Assembly (NCBI GenBank): GCA_964291235.2
Contig: OZ219815.1
Span: 1-64,000, forward strand
Origin: Vicinamibacteria bacterium
Lineage (GTDB): Bacteria > Acidobacteriota > Vicinamibacteria > Marinacidobacterales > Marinacidobacteraceae
Length of the DNA stretch: 64,000 nucleotides
Direction: 5' to 3'
Positions 59,293-64,000 of this stretch are shown piece by piece. Position 1 is the stretch's first letter. The number at the start of each line of letters is the position of its first letter. Made by a program: the position numbers and the translations under genes. The notes below the pieces were generated by a model that made no database searches, was not told where the DNA came from, and saw nothing but the letters and a program-made list of their open reading frames with translations.

Positions 59293-60329
59293 AGCGGCTG
59301 ACGTTCGCGGCGACGGTCATCGCCGCACTCACCGCGGTGGGCCCGGCGGACGGCTACCGGCTGCGGGACAGGTACCGGTGGATTCCATCCTCCGCCGACG
59401 CGGACCGCTGGCAGAGATCCGACTTCCCGCTCCGTTTCCGGATGCTGGAGAACGACAACGCCCCCATCGGGGTGGAGCTGGGACAGAGCGCCTGGGCGAC
59501 GATCGTTCGCCGCGGTTTCACCCACTGGACCGGTATCCCGACCGCGCAGATCGACCTCATTCTGGAAGACGAGACCGTCAAGCGTTCGGCTGCCGACCAG
59601 GACGACGGCGTCAACACCATCGGGTTCTCTTCGGACGAGGACTTCGTGGATTCGTGGTTTACGGCCTACGCGGCCTGGCGCTGGGACGGCGACCAACTGG
59701 TGGGATGCGACATCGAGGTCAATCCCGACTTCGTAAAGAACTGGGCTCCCCAGGATCCCTACCAGCTCCTGGAGATCGTGGTGATCCACGAAATGGGTCA
59801 CTGCCTGGGACTGGCGCACACCGAGGTGTACCCGATGCCGCTGTGGACCGATCTCCCGGTGAAGGCGGATCCGTCCTTCCTGCCCGACCCCGTGATGTCG
59901 TATTCGAATTCGTACGGGCTGGAGTTGTCCGAGGACGACAGCGTGGCAGTGTCGTTGCTCTACCCCGCCCCCGGGTTCCTGGGATCACGTGGTTCCGTGA
60001 GCCTGGCGGTGGGGGCGGGAGACAATCCATTGGTCTTCGGGTACGTGCAGGCGGTACGGCCCGGCGAACCGGGCATCCCCGCTCGGCCCGGACCGGGAAC
60101 GTTCACCGACCAATCAGGGAACTTCCAACTGGAAGGACTTACCCCGGGTCACTGGATGCTGTGGTTTCACCCGATACTCGTGCCGCGTCGGAACGCCCAT
60201 GGACAAATGCTCGAAATGGCGGATGCATCCAACTCGTCGAGTTTCAATCACTTCTGGACGTGGGTGCGGATCAACGCAGGTCGCAACGTCCAGATCGCGG
60301 CTCCTCCCGCCCGCGGCGCCAGGCCGTGA
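59289..60329 (+). CDS. Matrixin-family secreted metalloprotease with C-terminal beta domain
   Basis: HEMGHCLGLAH, Met-turn VMSY, LSEDD; TD..GNF..GL.PG. Confidence 0.88.
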   Translation: MKRLTFAATVIAALTAVGPADGYRLRDRYRWIPSSADADRWQRSDFPLRFRMLENDNAPIGVELGQSAWATIVRRGFTHWTGIPTAQIDLILEDETVKRSAADQDDGVNTIGFSSDEDFVDSWFTAYAAWRWDGDQLVGCDIEVNPDFVKNWAPQDPYQLLEIVVIHEMGHCLGLAHTEVYPMPLWTDLPVKADPSFLPDPVMSYSNSYGLELSEDDSVAVSLLYPAPGFLGSRGSVSLAVGAGDNPLVFGYVQAVRPGEPGIPARPGPGTFTDQSGNFQLEGLTPGHWMLWFHPILVPRRNAHGQMLEMADASNSSSFNHFWTWVRINAGRNVQIAAPPARGARP

Positions 60330-60799
60330 GTCTCAGGTCCCTCGCCGGGCGCCGGGGAGGAATCGCCGCCGCCGGATGCTGGTTTCTTCTCGGGTGTGGC
60401 GGGGGCTCCGCTCCCCCCGTTGCTCCAAGCCTCCCGTCGCCGCCGCCACCCATGTGTACCGGCGTCACACTGGAGATGGACTTCCTCGGCCGGGGCGCAT
60501 CGCCCGAGATTTCGCGTGGGAGGCTGACGCTCGATGCAACCCGACTGGACACGTCGCTTCACTTCCTTTCGCCCTACACGATTCTGGAACCGGAGGGCGG
60601 CGCGAACCTGGACGTTCCGGGGCTTCGTCCCACGCTGGGCGTGTTCGTCTCGGACCTCGGGTTCGCGATTCTCGGAAACGGAGCCTACCGGCAGACCATG
60701 ACCCTGGAGTGGCTCTCGGAGCTGGAGTTCTACGCCCTCGAGCCGGATTGTCCGCCGCTGTCCGTCGCCTGCGACGCGTCCGGCTGCACCGGTCCCTGA
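60326..60799 (+). CDS. Hypothetical lipoprotein
   Basis: GTGA overlap; LLG-C lipobox followed by a Pro-rich linker. Confidence 0.65.
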   Translation: MSLRSLAGRRGGIAAAGCWFLLGCGGGSAPPVAPSLPSPPPPMCTGVTLEMDFLGRGASPEISRGRLTLDATRLDTSLHFLSPYTILEPEGGANLDVPGLRPTLGVFVSDLGFAILGNGAYRQTMTLEWLSELEFYALEPDCPPLSVACDASGCTGP

Positions 60800-60802
60800 C
60801 GG

Positions 60803-62470
60803 CTAGCGTCCGCGGCGGGGCGCCTGCCGGGACACGATCACCCGGCTGTCGGGAGCGGGAACGTCGAACCGTTCCTCGGCGCCGTCCGGCCAGCGCGCTC
60901 GCAAGCCGGTGATCTCCGCACTGGCCGGAATCCCGAAGTGCGCGACCGGCTCGCTGCTCGTGAGGTAGCCGGCCTCCGGATTCAGGGCGCGCACCAGTTC
61001 CCGGTCCCCGAGTTCGAGCGTCACCACCGCGCCGGGACTGGAGCGTCCGAACTCGCGCGGCTCCACGATCAGGAAGCCTCCGCTCCTTGGCGAGCGGTTC
61101 TCAAAGAGCCGCACCGGTCCACCCACGCCGGTGACCACGAGATCAAGGTCCCCGTCCTGGTCCCAGTCGCCGGTCGCGAGGCCCCTGCCGACCGCGCGGA
61201 CGTCGGTGAACCCCGGGATCACCACTTCCTCGAACCGGCCGTCGCCGTCTCCGACGAACGCCTGCGCCGGCTCGGCATAGGAGCCGAGCCCGCGGGACAC
61301 CGGAACCCCGCCCTCCCGGGCGACCGCCCCGTTCACGAGCACGAGGTCCAGGTCGCCATCCAGTTCGAGGTCGAGGAACCCGGTCCCGAATCCGGTCCAG
61401 GGGAGACTCGGCAATGCCAGCCCCATCGCCGGCGTGTCGTCCAGGAATCCACCGCCGCCCTGATTGCGGTAGAGCGTGTTCGTCTGGGCGCGCAGGTGGG
61501 TCATGAAGAGGTCCAGATCGGCGTCGCCGTCCACGTCGCCCAGCAGCACTCCCATGCTCGCCTCCGAACGTCCCTGGGCGTTCAGCGCCACCCCCAGGAA
61601 GAGCGCCGCGTCCGAGAACGTCCCGTCCTCACCCTGTTCCCAGAGCAGGTTGGGCTCGCCGTCGTTCGCCACGTAGAAGTCGAGCCGGCCGTCCCCGGTG
61701 AAGTCGTGGCAAAGCACCCCGAGCGCGGGCCGGCGTTCGGCGAGGACGCCGGACTCGGCCGAGACGTCCTCGAACGTTCCGTCCCCGAGGTTGCGGTACA
61801 GACTGTCGCGCTCGTAGGGAAGGCTCTGGGGAGAACAGAAGTCGGGCTCGCCGGAGGCCGAAACGCAGTCGCGGTCCGGATCGTTCACCAGGTAACCGCC
61901 GACGTACAGATCGAGGTCCGTATCGCCGTCGTAGTCGCAAAAGGCCACCGAACTGGACCAGCGCTCCCCGAAGACAGCGGAATCCGCCGCCGCGAACCTG
62001 TCACCTCGATTCCGGTAGAGGACATCCGCACCGAAGTTCGCGATCAGGACATCCGGATCGCCGTCGCCGTCCACATCCCCGACGGCGACCCCGGTTCCGT
62101 AGCCGCGGTCGGCGAGACCGAGCGAACCGTCCGTATCGCGAAACGTCCCGTCCGACTGCTGGAGAAACAGGCGGTTTCCGGATATCTCCGCCGCCCGCAT
62201 CCCGCCGCGATCGCCCGGCAGGGGACCTGCCTGAATCAGATATACGTCGAGGCTCCCGTCGCCGTCGGCATCGAAGAGCGCCGCTCCCGAACCCATGATC
62301 GCGGGCAGCGGGAATCGGGCCAGGTCTCCGGGATCGTGGACGAAGCGGACGCCCGAATTCTCGGTGATCTCCTCGAATCGGGGCGCGTCCTGGGCCGCCG
62401 CAGCCGGCGTCCCGAAGATCAGGAGGCTGCCCGCGACGGCCAGGCGGCCGAGGTCTTGCGAACGAACCAA
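60803..62470 (-). CDS. CRTAC1-family FG-GAP/ASPIC-UnbV protein
   Basis: MGSGAALFDADGDG, repeated DxDGDxD, C-terminal GYLTSS..HFG..WPDG; start approximate. Confidence 0.92.
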   Translation of the reverse strand: MVRSQDLGRLAVAGSLLIFGTPAAAAQDAPRFEEITENSGVRFVHDPGDLARFPLPAIMGSGAALFDADGDGSLDVYLIQAGPLPGDRGGMRAAEISGNRLFLQQSDGTFRDTDGSLGLADRGYGTGVAVGDVDGDGDPDVLIANFGADVLYRNRGDRFAAADSAVFGERWSSSVAFCDYDGDTDLDLYVGGYLVNDPDRDCVSASGEPDFCSPQSLPYERDSLYRNLGDGTFEDVSAESGVLAERRPALGVLCHDFTGDGRLDFYVANDGEPNLLWEQGEDGTFSDAALFLGVALNAQGRSEASMGVLLGDVDGDADLDLFMTHLRAQTNTLYRNQGGGGFLDDTPAMGLALPSLPWTGFGTGFLDLELDGDLDLVLVNGAVAREGGVPVSRGLGSYAEPAQAFVGDGDGRFEEVVIPGFTDVRAVGRGLATGDWDQDGDLDLVVTGVGGPVRLFENRSPRSGGFLIVEPREFGRSSPGAVVTLELGDRELVRALNPEAGYLTSSEPVAHFGIPASAEITGLRARWPDGAEERFDVPAPDSRVIVSRQAPRRGR

Positions 62471-62480
62471 GATAACCCCG

Positions 62481-63806
62481 TCAGCGGCCGGGTTCCGGGT
62501 GCTTCTCGCGCAGCGCGGTGAGAAAACCGTCGGGAACCTCGGCCCCCAGAGCCTGCGCTTCGTGGATGGCCGTCCACGCTTCCGTGAAACGGCCGAGTTC
62601 GGCGAGCGCGACCGCCGCCAGCACCCGGGATGGGCCCTCCTCCGGATCGAGCTGGGCGGCTCGCTCCAGGGCGGCAAGCGCGGGCTCGAGGCGGCCCTGC
62701 CGGAGCAGCAACTCGCCAAGCGCGGCGTGGGTCTGCGGCTCTTCCGGCCGCGACTTGAGAGACTCCGAGAACTCGTACTCCGCGGCGGGGAGATTCCCCT
62801 CGCGCGCCCGCAGCACCCCGAGGCCGAAGCGGGCGAGCGCCTGGGCCGGATCGAGCGCCACCGCATCCCGGTAGAAGGCTTCGGCCTCGCCCGGGCGGCC
62901 CCGCTGATCCAGCACGGCGCCGAGTTCGGCCAGCACGCCGGCATCCCGGGGACGAATGCGGGCCAGGTCGCGATAAAGGCTCTCGGCATCGTCGAGCCCG
63001 CCCTCGCTGCGAAACGTCCGGGCCTTCTCGAGCAGTCGTGGAGAGGAGATGTCCCGCTCGCTCATCCGGAAGTGGATGGGATCCTCGATGGACGGCAGGC
63101 CGCCGCCCGGGCGCCCGGAGCCAGCGTCAGCCACCCGCCGCGCCTGGTCCCGGTCTCCCGACGCGCTCAGGGCCCGGACCAGGGCCGAGCGCACCGCATC
63201 GGCGTCGGGCGCCAGCGCCAGCGCCTGCTCGAGGAGCGGGATTGCCGCCGCGGGATCGCCGTTCGCCAGCTCGATCGACCCGGTCCGAAAGAGCGTGAGC
63301 GACGATCCCGGATCGAGAGCGAGAGCCTCCCGATAGGCGTCCTCGGCCCCTGCCCGGTCGCCGATCTCTTCCCGCAACTCGCCGAGAAACACGAGGCTCG
63401 GCGGATATCCCGGATGCTCCGCCACCGCCGCGGCCAGGGTTTCGGCAGCTCCCGCGGGATCGGCTCCGCGGAGCGCGTGCGCCAGCAGGTAGCGCGCCGT
63501 CAACCGGGTCAGGTCACCCGCGGGCAGGCGCCCGAGTGCTTCCCGGTAGCAGCGCGCGGCGTCCTCCACAAGACCGTGGGCGTGCAGCGTTTCCGCGTAC
63601 GCCAGCCAGGTGACGGCGTCCTCCGGCCGCGCCCGGACCTCGCCGGCGCGGCGATCCAGCAGTTCGCGGACCTGGGGTTCCATGTCCGGGCTGACTACTA
63701 CCGGAAGATCCGGTTCCTGCGCGAGCACCGCGCCGGGCGCCATGGCGAGCAGAAGACCCAGCACCCACCACCGCCGGCCGGCAATTGCCGGCGCAAGACC
63801 CCGCAT
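62481..63806 (-). CDS. Tetratricopeptide-repeat protein, exported
   Basis: Signal peptide; repeated A...Y..AL.LDP units. Confidence 0.88.
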   Translation of the reverse strand: MRGLAPAIAGRRWWVLGLLLAMAPGAVLAQEPDLPVVVSPDMEPQVRELLDRRAGEVRARPEDAVTWLAYAETLHAHGLVEDAARCYREALGRLPAGDLTRLTARYLLAHALRGADPAGAAETLAAAVAEHPGYPPSLVFLGELREEIGDRAGAEDAYREALALDPGSSLTLFRTGSIELANGDPAAAIPLLEQALALAPDADAVRSALVRALSASGDRDQARRVADAGSGRPGGGLPSIEDPIHFRMSERDISSPRLLEKARTFRSEGGLDDAESLYRDLARIRPRDAGVLAELGAVLDQRGRPGEAEAFYRDAVALDPAQALARFGLGVLRAREGNLPAAEYEFSESLKSRPEEPQTHAALGELLLRQGRLEPALAALERAAQLDPEEGPSRVLAAVALAELGRFTEAWTAIHEAQALGAEVPDGFLTALREKHPEPGR

Positions 63807-63860
63807 TTCCCTCGAATCGTAGCGATGGAGGAGCCGGCGGGGACAGAAGCCGTGGGTACC

Positions 63861-64000
63861 ATGGCGGCAGCCCTCGGTGCCCCTGTGAACCGCAGTTATC
63901 TGTTCCAACTGTCCGTCGGCGGACTGCTGGCCGCCCCCGCGGCGTTCCTGGCCGGTTCGACGGTACACACCGCGACCTCCGCCGGCCTCCAGAATCCGGC
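63861..64000 (+). CDS. Possible 5' end of an exported protein, truncated by the window
   Basis: Open frame from ATG at 63861 with a hydrophobic stretch; divergent from the TPR gene. Confidence 0.35.
   Translation, partial: MAAALGAPVNRSYLFQLSVGGLLAAPAAFLAGSTVHTATSAGLQNP

Overview
GC-rich (roughly 70% by eye) bacterial chromosomal window. The gene set (CRTAC1/ASPIC and TPR proteins, many lipoproteins, type-2 IleRS, gmk-coaBC-udg-priA order) suggests an Acidobacteriota-like, possibly host-associated organism; this is inference only. Bases 1-3.7 kb hold an integrative mobilizable element: an arm-type tyrosine integrase, a ColE1-type oriT, and overlapping mbeC/A/B/D-like genes. A ~2.1 kb acidic Pro-Glu lipoprotein gene follows. 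Both carry many frameshifts. The rest is mostly housekeeping (5 tRNAs, der, priA, coaBC, gmk, ileS, purA, trxB, rsmA, uppP, ftsK, amidase, recA, lat), plus a Tat-exported xanthine-dehydrogenase-family operon with three uncharacterised accessory genes. The most unusual content is intergenic: (i) a RAYT/TnpA-REP gene bracketed by inverted REP arrays; (ii) further head-to-tail REP arrays with compensatory stem variants; (iii) an 18-nt sequence inserted into REPs and a MITE, with filled and empty sites visible; (iv) a covarying three-hairpin element that always sits back-to-back with a REP array; (v) a REP-flanked duplicated coiled-coil gene; (vi) a MITE inserted in the shared TTAA stop of two convergent genes. 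All protein calls are motif recognition by eye; no searches were run.
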